64,000 bases of DNA from an uncultured Lachnospiraceae bacterium (GTDB lineage Bacteria > Bacillota > Clostridia > Lachnospirales > Lachnospiraceae). Positions 11,192 to 20,444 of this stretch are shown piece after piece; position 1 is the first letter of the stretch; each line of letters begins with the position of its first letter. Made by a program: the position numbers and the translations under genes. The DNA lies in contig CACZFI010000002.1 of NCBI GenBank assembly GCA_902780405.1, positions 47,810-111,809 on the forward strand, given 5' to 3'. Below the pieces are notes generated by a model. That model made no database searches and was not told the DNA's origin. It saw only the letters and a program-made list of their open reading frames with translations.

Positions 11192-11224
11192 AAAAAAGCA
11201 GCATCGTACGATGCCGCTTTTTTT
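11192..11224. terminator. Bidirectional terminator between convergent genes
   Basis: AAAAAAGCAGCATCGTACGATGCCGCTTTTTTT hairpin with A and T tracts. Confidence 0.85.
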
Positions 11225-11231
11225 ATGCTGT

Positions 11232-11738
11232 TTAGGCGTTGGCGCCACAGCACTTCTTGTATTTCTTTCCGCTTCCGCAAGGGCAGGGATCGTTTCTTCC
11301 TACCTTGGGCGGCTTCACGATCGTGTGTGAAGACTTCTCTGTCTTGTAGAGTTCCTTCTGCTTCTCCTTGGAGAGGATGGCATCCCACTCGGGAAGTGTG
11401 TAAAGCCACTCCGCATTGCATCCCACCATGTTCATATAGAGCTTGTCGGGATCGAAATCGAGAGATACCTCGCTGTCCTCTGTGATCTCCTCTAAGTTGT
11501 TGGAGGAAAGAAGGCTATCATCGATACCGTCCAAGAAACCGATCATAAGCTCGGTGGTCATATCGTACTTCTCCGCAAGTTCCTTCACGGTGCCTGTAAC
11601 TACCGTCTTCGGATCGGCAAGAAGCTGCTCATAAACTGCCTTTTCCTTCTGGAAGTAATTCAGCCAAAACTGCTTTCCTTCCGGTGTTCTATCATCCAGA
11701 CCGTATGCGTGGTCTCTCCAATCTTTAAGTAAACCCAT
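11232..11738 (-). CDS. SEC-C metal-binding domain protein
   Basis: C-terminal [21 protein letters not shown]. Confidence 0.9.
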   Translation of the reverse strand: MGLLKDWRDHAYGLDDRTPEGKQFWLNYFQKEKAVYEQLLADPKTVVTGTVKELAEKYDMTTELMIGFLDGIDDSLLSSNNLEEITEDSEVSLDFDPDKLYMNMVGCNAEWLYTLPEWDAILSKEKQKELYKTEKSSHTIVKPPKVGRNDPCPCGSGKKYKKCCGANA

Positions 11739-11770
11739 GGTTCTTATCTCCTTGTCAGTTATTCTTACGT

Positions 11771-11799
11771 AGTATAGCAGAATTGCACTTGAATCGCAA
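11771..11799 (-). promoter_or_regulatory. Sigma-A promoter of the SEC-C gene
   Basis: TTGCGA-17 nt-TATACT with an extended TG. Confidence 0.6.
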
Positions 11800-11835
11800 G
11801 CGTGAATTGCCTGCTTTTAAATGCCAAACATATTC

Positions 11836-12543
11836 CTAAAATCCTTCGACAACCCCTACGGAAATCATCCGGTTACATGCAGCAAATAGGTCTGTTCCCG
11901 GACTTCCGTTCCAGTTTCTTCCTGCGACCAGGCGGTAGGTCTTCGTACCGTCCGCATCCTCCTCTTCTTCATAAGCATCCCTGTAAAAAGGATCATAGGA
12001 GACCTTGCAGTCCCAAAGGATTCCCCCGCATGCGGACAGATCGCAGGCAGGGAAATTGACATTCCAGATGCGGTTTTTGGAGAGCGGCTTCTGTATGCAT
12101 TCGGCAAGGATCCGGTCGATGTAAGCCCTTGTTACTTCATCCTGCTCCTCGTCGTTCTGTGAAAATGCGATGGCAGGCACGCCGAGACATGAGGCCTCAA
12201 GTGCGGATCCGACCGTCGCCGAATATGCGATATCCGCACTGATGTTGTAGCCCCGGTTGATACCGGTAAGCACAAGATCCGGCTTTTCATGCATCAGCTT
12301 TAAGATGCCGACTCTTACGGCGTCGACCGGTGAGCGGTCACAGGCGTAAGCTGTAACACCGGGTACAGGAAAGTCGTAAGGTGTAAGGCGTACCGGTTCG
12401 GTAAATGTATAGCTCCTCGACATAGCGCTTCTGCCCCCGTCGGGAGCGACCACATATACTTCTCCGATCTTTTTCGCCGTTTCCGCAAGCAGTCTGATCC
12501 CGCAGGAATCGATTCCGTCATCATTCGTGATCAGTATTCTCAT
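11836..12543 (-). CDS. surE: 5'/3'-nucleotidase SurE
   Basis: RILITNDDG, VVAPDGGRSAMS, GINRGYN and YSATV (variant of YSGTV). Confidence 0.92.
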   Translation of the reverse strand: MRILITNDDGIDSCGIRLLAETAKKIGEVYVVAPDGGRSAMSRSYTFTEPVRLTPYDFPVPGVTAYACDRSPVDAVRVGILKLMHEKPDLVLTGINRGYNISADIAYSATVGSALEASCLGVPAIAFSQNDEEQDEVTRAYIDRILAECIQKPLSKNRIWNVNFPACDLSACGGILWDCKVSYDPFYRDAYEEEEDADGTKTYRLVAGRNWNGSPGTDLFAACNRMISVGVVEGF

Positions 12544-12859
12544 CGCTTACCTCTTTTTCTTCATCGACGTCTTCCGACGCTTCGTCTGTTTCAAGCATGG
12601 TACCGACCATCTTCGCGTACTTCTCGTCATAGTTGTCGGAAAGCAGTCGTCCGATCCACAGAAAGGCGTAGATCAGTACGGGCATCACCATCATCAGATA
12701 GATGCATCCCATAAAATACTTACTGCCCATGATTCCCGTCACGATCACAGCGACGATCATGGCGATGATCAGTACAACCGATATCACTGCCATCACACGC
12801 AGGATGGGCTTTTTTCGCATTTTTTCGTAGAATCTTGTATCCTGTTCCATCATACTCAC
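12521..12859 (-). CDS. Small membrane protein (two TM helices, acidic tail)
   Basis: Two hydrophobic segments; abuts the trkA stop and overlaps the surE start. Confidence 0.7.
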   Translation of the reverse strand: MSMMEQDTRFYEKMRKKPILRVMAVISVVLIIAMIVAVIVTGIMGSKYFMGCIYLMMVMPVLIYAFLWIGRLLSDNYDEKYAKMVGTMLETDEASEDVDEEKEVSDENTDHE

Positions 12860-14227
12860 CTATACAAATACATCATTCAGGGTTCGCACCCGGTTTTTGG
12901 TATCGTTGACAACCGTAACCCGGTCGCCCTCCTTGATGCAGTTTTCCCCGCGGGGAAGGACCAGTTCTCCGTCTCTTACAATGGAGATGACAAGGGAATT
13001 CTTTCGCATGTTCATCGTCGGATCCGCGAAGGGAACCCCCAGTTTCTTAAAGCCCGCATTTGCGGTAAAAAGAAGCAGTTCCGCCTTTCCCGATGCGATG
13101 GACATATAGCGTTCGATCTCGTTGGAATCCTCACTGATCTCGATATCACGCACAAATTTCATGATCTTTCCGACCGCGATCTCCGCGTGCGAAAGTGCAA
13201 TATCCAGATTCACCTTATGCAGCAGTGGCAGGTTGCCCGTGGAATTGATACGTGTCAGGATCGACGGTACATTTTGCGACCATGCGTACATACTTGTGAT
13301 CACGTTGGTTGCATCCTCGTCCGTCAGAGACAGGAAGGCGTCCGCCTTGCCGATCTTTTCATGCTCTAAGATCTCATCCATCTCTCCGTCACCCAAAGAT
13401 ACATGGATGGACGGATAAGCTTCCATCAGTTCACGGCAACGTCCCAAATCCTCCTCGATCACGGTGATATCCTTCTTTTCCGGAAGGAGCATATCCACCA
13501 GATACTTGGTTGTGGCACCGCCGCCCATGATCATCACGCGCTTGGCAGCATTTCTTACCACACCGATCCTCTGCAGCAGCGGCAGAATCTGCGTATCCCA
13601 GCCGATGAGTCCGAGACGATCTCCCTCCGAAATCACGCAGTCGCCCTTCGGAATGATGACCTTGCCGGCGCGAAGGACAAAAGAGATCACGATATCCGCA
13701 TGAAGCTCGCGCTTGATCTCGGCCACACTCTTTCCGGCAAGCGGTGAATCGGGGATGACGGCCAGTGTGATCATACGTGTCTTTTCAACAAAGGCGCCCT
13801 CCGACTTGGCATAACTCGGAAAACCGATGGAGCTGGCCGCAAGTTCTGCCATGGCATAGCTGGGGTTTAATATGTAATCAATGTTATACTCCTTCTCAAT
13901 CTCTTTGCGCTTGCCCGCAAAATCGGGCTGTTCCACACGCGCCACGGTATGCAGCGTACCGACGGCTCTTGCCTCCACGCAGTTTAATATGTTGATCTCG
14001 TCCACAGGTGTCACCGCAATCATCACATCTGCGGAGTCCGCTCCCGCGGCAAGCAGTGTCTCCTTGGACGCACCGCTTCCGACGATACCATTCACACTGT
14101 ATCTGTCCGTAATCTTTTCGACAAGATCCTTCTGCTTGTCGATCACCGTCACGTCATAACCGCTTTGTGTAAGCGCCTTCACCAGGGCGGTTCCGACCCT
14201 GCCGCATCCTGCAATGATAATTTTCAT
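12860..14227 (-). CDS. trkA: TrkA-type RCK (NAD-binding) regulatory protein
   Basis: MKIIIAGCGRVG and a second Rossmann motif VMIMGGG; tandem TrkA-N/TrkA-C architecture, 455 aa. Confidence 0.88.
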   Translation of the reverse strand: MKIIIAGCGRVGTALVKALTQSGYDVTVIDKQKDLVEKITDRYSVNGIVGSGASKETLLAAGADSADVMIAVTPVDEINILNCVEARAVGTLHTVARVEQPDFAGKRKEIEKEYNIDYILNPSYAMAELAASSIGFPSYAKSEGAFVEKTRMITLAVIPDSPLAGKSVAEIKRELHADIVISFVLRAGKVIIPKGDCVISEGDRLGLIGWDTQILPLLQRIGVVRNAAKRVMIMGGGATTKYLVDMLLPEKKDITVIEEDLGRCRELMEAYPSIHVSLGDGEMDEILEHEKIGKADAFLSLTDEDATNVITSMYAWSQNVPSILTRINSTGNLPLLHKVNLDIALSHAEIAVGKIMKFVRDIEISEDSNEIERYMSIASGKAELLLFTANAGFKKLGVPFADPTMNMRKNSLVISIVRDGELVLPRGENCIKEGDRVTVVNDTKNRVRTLNDVFV

Positions 14228-14230
14228 AAG

Positions 14231-15529
14231 CTAAACCCTCTCTGTTCTGCTCTTCTTCATACGTTCCGATTTGTGCTTCTCGATCGCAAGATAAACCTTC
14301 TTTACGGTAAGTCCCTGCACAAGTACGGTGAAGAAGATGGTCGCATAGGTTACATTCATGAATATGTGATAGATATCCTCCGGGAGGAATTTGTCGGTTC
14401 CCATGGCAAGCGCCAGCGAAAGTCCGCCTTTCAATGCCGACCATGACATCAGCGTCACAAACTCTCCCATCGTGTAGTTACCGGGAAGTTTTCGCATCCC
14501 CGTAAGAACACTGCTTAATGCCACACCGCAAACGCGTGCGAACAGATTGACGAACAGCGAAGCGGGAACGATCACCCAGAAATACTCACAGAGTTTGACA
14601 TTTAATACCGTCAGTCCGATCATGACAAAGAGCACGGAATTGAGCAAACTCTCCACGATCTCCCAAAAGATCTTGTACTGCTCTTCAAAATCAATCACAA
14701 CCGCCTGCCGCTCCATCTTGCCGAAGGCCCAGGAAAAATACATACCGCAGAGCACGGATGCGATCACGCCCGAGCAGCCCAAATGCTCGCAGAGAATGTA
14801 GACAACGGATACATCCAGCAGTGAAATGCAGATATACATGATCGGCTGTCTGGTCAGTTTGATCAGATTAAACATCAGGAAGGATACTCCGAGTGCGATG
14901 GCTGCCGCTCCGAGGATCTCTCTTATCATCAGGACCGTAAACAAGGTTCTGTTATTCTGAAGGACCAGTCCTCTCATAAAAAGGAACAGTACCACGCCGG
15001 TTCCGTCATTGAACAGCGATTCATTTTCAATCACGGAGCATACATTCTTGGAAAGACCGATCTTGTTCAGGATACCGGTCGCAGCGATCGGGTCCGTGGG
15101 TGAAACCACGCATCCGAGCAAAATGCAGACCGTAAATCTCATGGGAATGTGAATCAGTTTTGCGATCGCAAAGAAAACGGTTCCGTAGACAAGGGATGAT
15201 ACCAGTGTCGTAAGAAGCGCAAGCAGGCTGATGGCCTTGATGTTCTCCCTGAACTTGTACAGATTCACCTTGCCTGCGCCGGAAAACAGCATGAAGCAAA
15301 GCACCCCGTCGATCAGGTACTCTTCAAAGCCGAAGTTTCCTATGCTTCCGATCGTATGAAGCAGGGATTCGTTGCCGATCCCCTTGGCGATCAGAAGCAG
15401 GATCACGGAAAAAAGCATGGAAAAGAGCAGGATCGCAATATCACTCTGCATATGGAGTATTCTCTCGTTTAAAATGCCGATCACGACGATCAACGTCAGT
15501 ATGATGATCAGTAAAACAAGTACGTTCAT
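14231..15529 (-). CDS. CPA1/NhaP-family cation:proton antiporter
   Basis: About 12 TM segments; SPTDPIA, IENESLFNDG and KGGLSLALA motifs. Confidence 0.9.
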   Translation of the reverse strand: MNVLVLLIIILTLIVVIGILNERILHMQSDIAILLFSMLFSVILLLIAKGIGNESLLHTIGSIGNFGFEEYLIDGVLCFMLFSGAGKVNLYKFRENIKAISLLALLTTLVSSLVYGTVFFAIAKLIHIPMRFTVCILLGCVVSPTDPIAATGILNKIGLSKNVCSVIENESLFNDGTGVVLFLFMRGLVLQNNRTLFTVLMIREILGAAAIALGVSFLMFNLIKLTRQPIMYICISLLDVSVVYILCEHLGCSGVIASVLCGMYFSWAFGKMERQAVVIDFEEQYKIFWEIVESLLNSVLFVMIGLTVLNVKLCEYFWVIVPASLFVNLFARVCGVALSSVLTGMRKLPGNYTMGEFVTLMSWSALKGGLSLALAMGTDKFLPEDIYHIFMNVTYATIFFTVLVQGLTVKKVYLAIEKHKSERMKKSRTERV

Positions 15530-15546
15530 GCTCTCACCTCTGTATC

Positions 15547-16821
15547 TTACTCATAACGAAGTGCGTCAATGGGGCTTAGATTCGCCGCCTTTAATGAAGG
15601 GATAAACCCGAACACGATACCGATCACGGTTGAAAAGGCAACCGAGATGGCAATGGCTGCACCGCTTATAGCAACCGGCATGCCGGCCACATTGGATATC
15701 AGGTACGCCAGTCCGACGCCGCCCGACACACCGATGAGACCTCCGATACTCGTAAGCACGGCAGCCTCGGTAAGAAACTGTCCGAGGATCACGGACTTTC
15801 TTGCGCCAAGCGCCTTCTTTAAACCGATTTCTCTGGTACGCTCCGTTACGGACACCAGCATGATGTTCATAACGCCGATACCGCCGACGATCAGGGAAAT
15901 GCTTGCGATCCAGATCAGCTGGCGGCTCGTGGACTCACTGACCTCCTGCATCTGCTTCGCCTTCTCAAGGAGGTCCTGACTGCGGTACTTATACCCGTTC
16001 TCTCCCTGATTCTCGGAATTGGTATTCGTAAAATGATCGTTTAAAATATCCGCGGTCTTCTTGCCCGCTTTGGTCATATCATCCGTACTGCGGGGCTTTA
16101 CGATGATATTGTAGGGCTCATCAAAGCCGAAGATCATCGGCCAGTCAACGTCCGGCACAAAGATACGTCCGCCCGCGCTGTCACCGTAGTAGGTCTCCCA
16201 GTCTTCGATGCTTGTGATCTTCGGGGTAAATGTATCCGTCTGCTCCACAACGCCGATCACCACATACGGATCACCCTTGATCTCAATGGTTTTTCCGATC
16301 GGGCTCTCTCCCGTCGTCACCGTGGAAGCCGCCGTAGCATCGAGAATCGCAAATTTCATGTAACGGTCATAGTCTCGATCCGTAAACAGTCTTCCGGCCG
16401 TAAGCGTATAACCTGCAAGGGACAGGTAGTCCGGATCCGCGCCGATTAGACTCACGCCCTCTAATCCGATATCCCCGCAGTTGATACCATCGTACATACT
16501 GCCGATCCTGTAGGAAGCAACACCCGTAACCTCGTCCACCGCAAGGATCTCCGCTTTGATATTCTCGTCCACAACGGGAACATAGCTCGGCCGCGTGTCA
16601 TTGCCCGATGCATAAGGCCACTCGCCCTGCATCAGCTTGATCTCCACATTGCTGTTGCCGGAGCCGACCAGGTTTTCCTTGATCTGCTGACTTGTCCCCT
16701 TGATTGTGGAAACGATGGCTATGATCGCTGCAATACCGATGATGATACCGAGCATCGTAAGCAGGGATCTCAATTTGTGAGACCATATTCCCTGAAATGA
16801 TAGTCTGATGTTTTCGAGCAT
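15547..16821 (-). CDS. MacB/FtsX-type ABC permease (YknZ-like)
   Basis: LRSLLTMLGIIIG, GIGVMNIMLVSVTERTREIG and PIDALRYE. Confidence 0.93.
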   Translation of the reverse strand: MLENIRLSFQGIWSHKLRSLLTMLGIIIGIAAIIAIVSTIKGTSQQIKENLVGSGNSNVEIKLMQGEWPYASGNDTRPSYVPVVDENIKAEILAVDEVTGVASYRIGSMYDGINCGDIGLEGVSLIGADPDYLSLAGYTLTAGRLFTDRDYDRYMKFAILDATAASTVTTGESPIGKTIEIKGDPYVVIGVVEQTDTFTPKITSIEDWETYYGDSAGGRIFVPDVDWPMIFGFDEPYNIIVKPRSTDDMTKAGKKTADILNDHFTNTNSENQGENGYKYRSQDLLEKAKQMQEVSESTSRQLIWIASISLIVGGIGVMNIMLVSVTERTREIGLKKALGARKSVILGQFLTEAAVLTSIGGLIGVSGGVGLAYLISNVAGMPVAISGAAIAISVAFSTVIGIVFGFIPSLKAANLSPIDALRYE

Positions 16822-16839
16822 CTTGTCTCTCCTGAAAAA

Positions 16840-18330
16840 TTAATATAAATCCGATGTGGATTTGATCACGCATCGCACGCCGTCTTCCGCATCTACCATG
16901 TAAGGGATCGCCAGGTAATCATCATAGGTAATTCCCTCCTTGATCTCGGTCAGGTAACCGCCGATGATACGACCGCGTTTTACATAGGTTTTGCGCAGGA
17001 AACCTGCGTCATTTTTCATTACATAATAACGATTGCCCTCGCGCTTGACAAAGGCGTTCACGATGCAGATGGTACTGCCGTTTCCTTCCCCTTCCGGAGC
17101 ATTATCCTCCATACCGATCTCCGGGAAGATATCCTCTGCCGCATCCGAATAGGTCGCATCCGTATAGGTTGCATAACCTGCGTCCGTAGGTGATGCGTCC
17201 GTGTAAGTCGCAACCGGCTGTACATCTCCCGTCGCGGAAGGATCAACGGAAGCCTCGGCCGCTTCCTTTGAGGAAGGGAGCGAAATCTCCATGTACATAT
17301 TCTGAGATAAGCCTGTGGTGTCACCCATAATGGCGATCTTCACCGGATAATAGGACTCCACGCGCCCGCCGTAACCGTATCCGCCGCCGTCTTCCACGGG
17401 CATTTCGGATACCTCGGTTACAATACCTGTATAGTTCATACCCATGTCATAGCAGAACATGGAAACCTCTGCTCCCTTCGGAACTTTTGCAAGGGACAGT
17501 TCTCCCACATTCGCAGTTACCGTATAGCCGTTTTCCCCACCGAGTACGATGAGCGGCTTGTTCTCGGCTGCTGCCGTATCGGGGTCGTTGACCTCCTTCA
17601 CAATGCCGGAAAAATTGGCGTAGACATCGCCGTTCGCCGCCTGATAAGCCTGGATTTCATAGGCCACCTCCTGCAGCTGATAAGCGATCACCAGATCCTC
17701 GATCTGCTGTTCTTTCGCCTTGATTGCCTCGTTGATCTCCTCCTGCGTCATAGCATCCGGATCATCCTCGGGCACGGATTCCTGCTCCTGCGGTGTCTGA
17801 TTTGCATCTGCCGGAGCGCTTTGATCGGCACTTGCATCCGTACCGGTTGCCGTGGGATCCACAGGTGTCTCCGTCGTAGCCTCGGTCGGTGCCTCCGTCG
17901 TAGGGGGCTTTTTCTCGACTGGCTTTTTGTTTCTTAATTCCTCGAGTTCTACCTGGGCAAGTTCGATGTTGGCTCTTGCGATTTCAACCTCGGACGCCTT
18001 TAAATCAAGGGCGATCTGCTGCTTGCTCGTATCGAAACTCATGATCACCGATCCCGCTTTTACATGATCGCCGGCCTTCACCTTGATCTCATCTACCACG
18101 GAATCTCCGTTTATATACACCTTCTGCTCCTGATTTACGGATACGTATCCGTTCACGACATCGGAGCCGCCCCACATATCGGGGTCGTATGCAAGCTCCG
18201 ATACAGGGTATACATCTATAGTTCTTTTGTTTTGATTATGCAGTTTTAGGCGATGCAGTCCGTAGATACCAAATGCGATAAAGCCTGCGGAAAAAAGGAC
18301 TGCGATCAGAATCTTCAGCCACTTCTTCAT
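16840..18330 (-). CDS. HlyD/MacA-like membrane-fusion adaptor 2
   Basis: N-terminal TM, lipoyl motif VDEIKVKAGDHVKAG, coiled coil with a low-complexity insert, and ANFSGIVKEV. Confidence 0.8.
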   Translation of the reverse strand: MKKWLKILIAVLFSAGFIAFGIYGLHRLKLHNQNKRTIDVYPVSELAYDPDMWGGSDVVNGYVSVNQEQKVYINGDSVVDEIKVKAGDHVKAGSVIMSFDTSKQQIALDLKASEVEIARANIELAQVELEELRNKKPVEKKPPTTEAPTEATTETPVDPTATGTDASADQSAPADANQTPQEQESVPEDDPDAMTQEEINEAIKAKEQQIEDLVIAYQLQEVAYEIQAYQAANGDVYANFSGIVKEVNDPDTAAAENKPLIVLGGENGYTVTANVGELSLAKVPKGAEVSMFCYDMGMNYTGIVTEVSEMPVEDGGGYGYGGRVESYYPVKIAIMGDTTGLSQNMYMEISLPSSKEAAEASVDPSATGDVQPVATYTDASPTDAGYATYTDATYSDAAEDIFPEIGMEDNAPEGEGNGSTICIVNAFVKREGNRYYVMKNDAGFLRKTYVKRGRIIGGYLTEIKEGITYDDYLAIPYMVDAEDGVRCVIKSTSDLY

Positions 18331-19106
18331 GCTTCACTGTCCTCCGATGTCTGCTCTTCTTCCGATGCTTCCTTTTCTTCCCTTGTATCCTCTGCAGGTG
18401 TTTCCTGTTCGGAAGCCACATGCTTCTTCGGTGCATCCGTGCCTTCGTAAAGCTCGCCGTCAATGATACGGATTACACGCTTGGCACAGGAAGCAATCTC
18501 GGGAGAGTGTGTGATCATGATGATGGTCACTCCGTTTTGATGGAGTTCATCAAAGATCTGCATCACCTGCTCGCCGGACTTGGTGTCAAGTGCACCCGTA
18601 GGCTCGTCCGCAAGCAAAATCTTCGGCTGATTCACCATGGCTCTTGCAATCGCCACACGCTGCTTTTGTCCTCCGGAAAGCTGGGTCGGCTTGAAGTTGA
18701 CGCGATCCGCCAGATCGACCATCTCAAGCATCTTTAAGCTTCTCTCTCTGCGCTCCTTCTTTCCGGCCTTGGCATACTGCATCGGAAGTCCGACATTGTC
18801 TAAAGCCGACTGTCTGGGAAGCAGATTAAAATTCTGGAATACGAATCCGATCTCCTTGTTTCTGATGGCGGAGAGTTCGCGATCCTTGCACTTCTCGATC
18901 TCATATCCGTCCAGCAGATAGGTGCCCTCCGTCGGCTTGTCGATGCATCCGATGATGTTCATCAGCGTCGACTTACCGGATCCCGAAGGTCCCATGATGG
19001 CTACATATTCTCCCTCGTCAATGGATAGATTGATATCCTTTAAGACCGGGATCTCCATGCTGCCCTGTATATATGTTTTGTAGATATTCTTCAGTTCAAG
19101 TAACAT
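18327..19106 (-). CDS. MacB/LolD-type ABC ATPase
   Basis: GPSGSGKS, LSGGQKQRVAIAR and ADEPTGALD. Confidence 0.95.
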   Translation of the reverse strand: MLLELKNIYKTYIQGSMEIPVLKDINLSIDEGEYVAIMGPSGSGKSTLMNIIGCIDKPTEGTYLLDGYEIEKCKDRELSAIRNKEIGFVFQNFNLLPRQSALDNVGLPMQYAKAGKKERRERSLKMLEMVDLADRVNFKPTQLSGGQKQRVAIARAMVNQPKILLADEPTGALDTKSGEQVMQIFDELHQNGVTIIMITHSPEIASCAKRVIRIIDGELYEGTDAPKKHVASEQETPAEDTREEKEASEEEQTSEDSEA

Positions 19107-20444
19107 TTATTCACCATCCGCCGGTGTATCTTCCGGCATACCCTCCGATGTTTCCTCAGGCATATCCTGCGGCATCTCATCCGGCATCTCAAAATCCGTC
19201 ATGTCGAGATCCTGCGCACCGGGATCCATATTCATCTCACCCGACTCTGCCACATCTTCCATATTTCTGGTTGTCTTCATGCCTTCCTTGATACGATCCT
19301 CCGGAAATGCAATGTAGTCTGACTTGGAAAGTCCGGATACGATCTCGTAACGAAGCATAACATCATCAAACGCACCGAGTTCCACCTTGGTCTTATGAAT
19401 CTTTCCGTCCTTGCCTTCCTTCCAGACATAAGCGCCGCTCTCATCCTGCATGATGTAGTAATCATCAAGCCAGAGTCCGTCCTTCTTTTCTCCCTGTCCG
19501 AGGTCCTGCTCCACGTACACGTGCTGACCGAGCATCAGTCCGTCTACGGAATCGAGATCCACATAGAAGGGATACTTTGTGGTGGTCTCACCGCCGCCGT
19601 AGTATCCGCCGTCATTTTGTATGGGATGCTCCAGGTCGATCATGCTGATTGTGCCGTGCCAGGTCATGGTGTCACCGATACGCGGAGTGATGATGACCGG
19701 TGTGCCCACCGTCAGACTTCTTGCATTGGTCTCATCTGCCGTAGCCTTGATTCTGTACTGGCCCTTCGCCATAATCTTGATATAAGCGCTTCCCGTATCA
19801 GCAGCATTGGTACCGCCATCCATCGGGATTGCGGAATTGTCGCTGCTTTCTTCCTTCTTGGTTCCGTCGTTGATATCCTTGATGATTCCGTCCATGGGAG
19901 ATACCACGACGACATTCTCCATGGCAGCCTTCTGACGATCGATCTCGAGCTGCTTTGCGGATACATCGTAATTTGACTGGTTGATCTGGATCTCCAGATT
20001 CTGGATCTGCGCCGTGTAAACCATTCTGTGATCTGCCGGTGCCTCATCCCTTTCCTTCGCAAGTTCATTGATCTGATCATAGATGGTGCTGATGCCGTTG
20101 TTCAGACTGGTGAGTTCAAGCTCAAGCTGACGGAGCTTCAGTTCCATCTCCTCCATGTCATACTCGAACAGCTTGTCTCCGGTCTTGACTTCATCCTCCA
20201 CCTTCACATAGACCTGCTTAACCTTCTTGTCGGCGTCTTTGTTGATGGACTTCGTCTCCTGAGGATCCACCACGCCCATATAGCGGTTATCGGAGATGCC
20301 TCCGCCAGTGATGGCCGCAACCGTCTCAACGTAGACCATGCCTTCCTCGGATGCACCGCCTCTGTGTCTGATATAATAAATGCCTCCCACTACGCCGCCT
20401 GCGATAAGAAGCAGTATGATGATCGTGATTATGACTTTTTTCAT
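19107..20444 (-). CDS. HlyD/MacA-like membrane-fusion adaptor 1
   Basis: N-terminal TM MKKVIITIIILLL (start 20444, ATGA overlap with rarA), VKVEDEVKTGD and SPMDGII. Confidence 0.82.
   Translation of the reverse strand: MKKVIITIIILLLIAGGVVGGIYYIRHRGGASEEGMVYVETVAAITGGGISDNRYMGVVDPQETKSINKDADKKVKQVYVKVEDEVKTGDKLFEYDMEEMELKLRQLELELTSLNNGISTIYDQINELAKERDEAPADHRMVYTAQIQNLEIQINQSNYDVSAKQLEIDRQKAAMENVVVVSPMDGIIKDINDGTKKEESSDNSAIPMDGGTNAADTGSAYIKIMAKGQYRIKATADETNARSLTVGTPVIITPRIGDTMTWHGTISMIDLEHPIQNDGGYYGGGETTTKYPFYVDLDSVDGLMLGQHVYVEQDLGQGEKKDGLWLDDYYIMQDESGAYVWKEGKDGKIHKTKVELGAFDDVMLRYEIVSGLSKSDYIAFPEDRIKEGMKTTRNMEDVAESGEMNMDPGAQDLDMTDFEMPDEMPQDMPEETSEGMPEDTPADGE

Noticed and set aside
11188-11421. 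77-aa minus-strand ORF
   Set aside because: It is an alternative frame of the SEC-C gene that runs through the bidirectional terminator.
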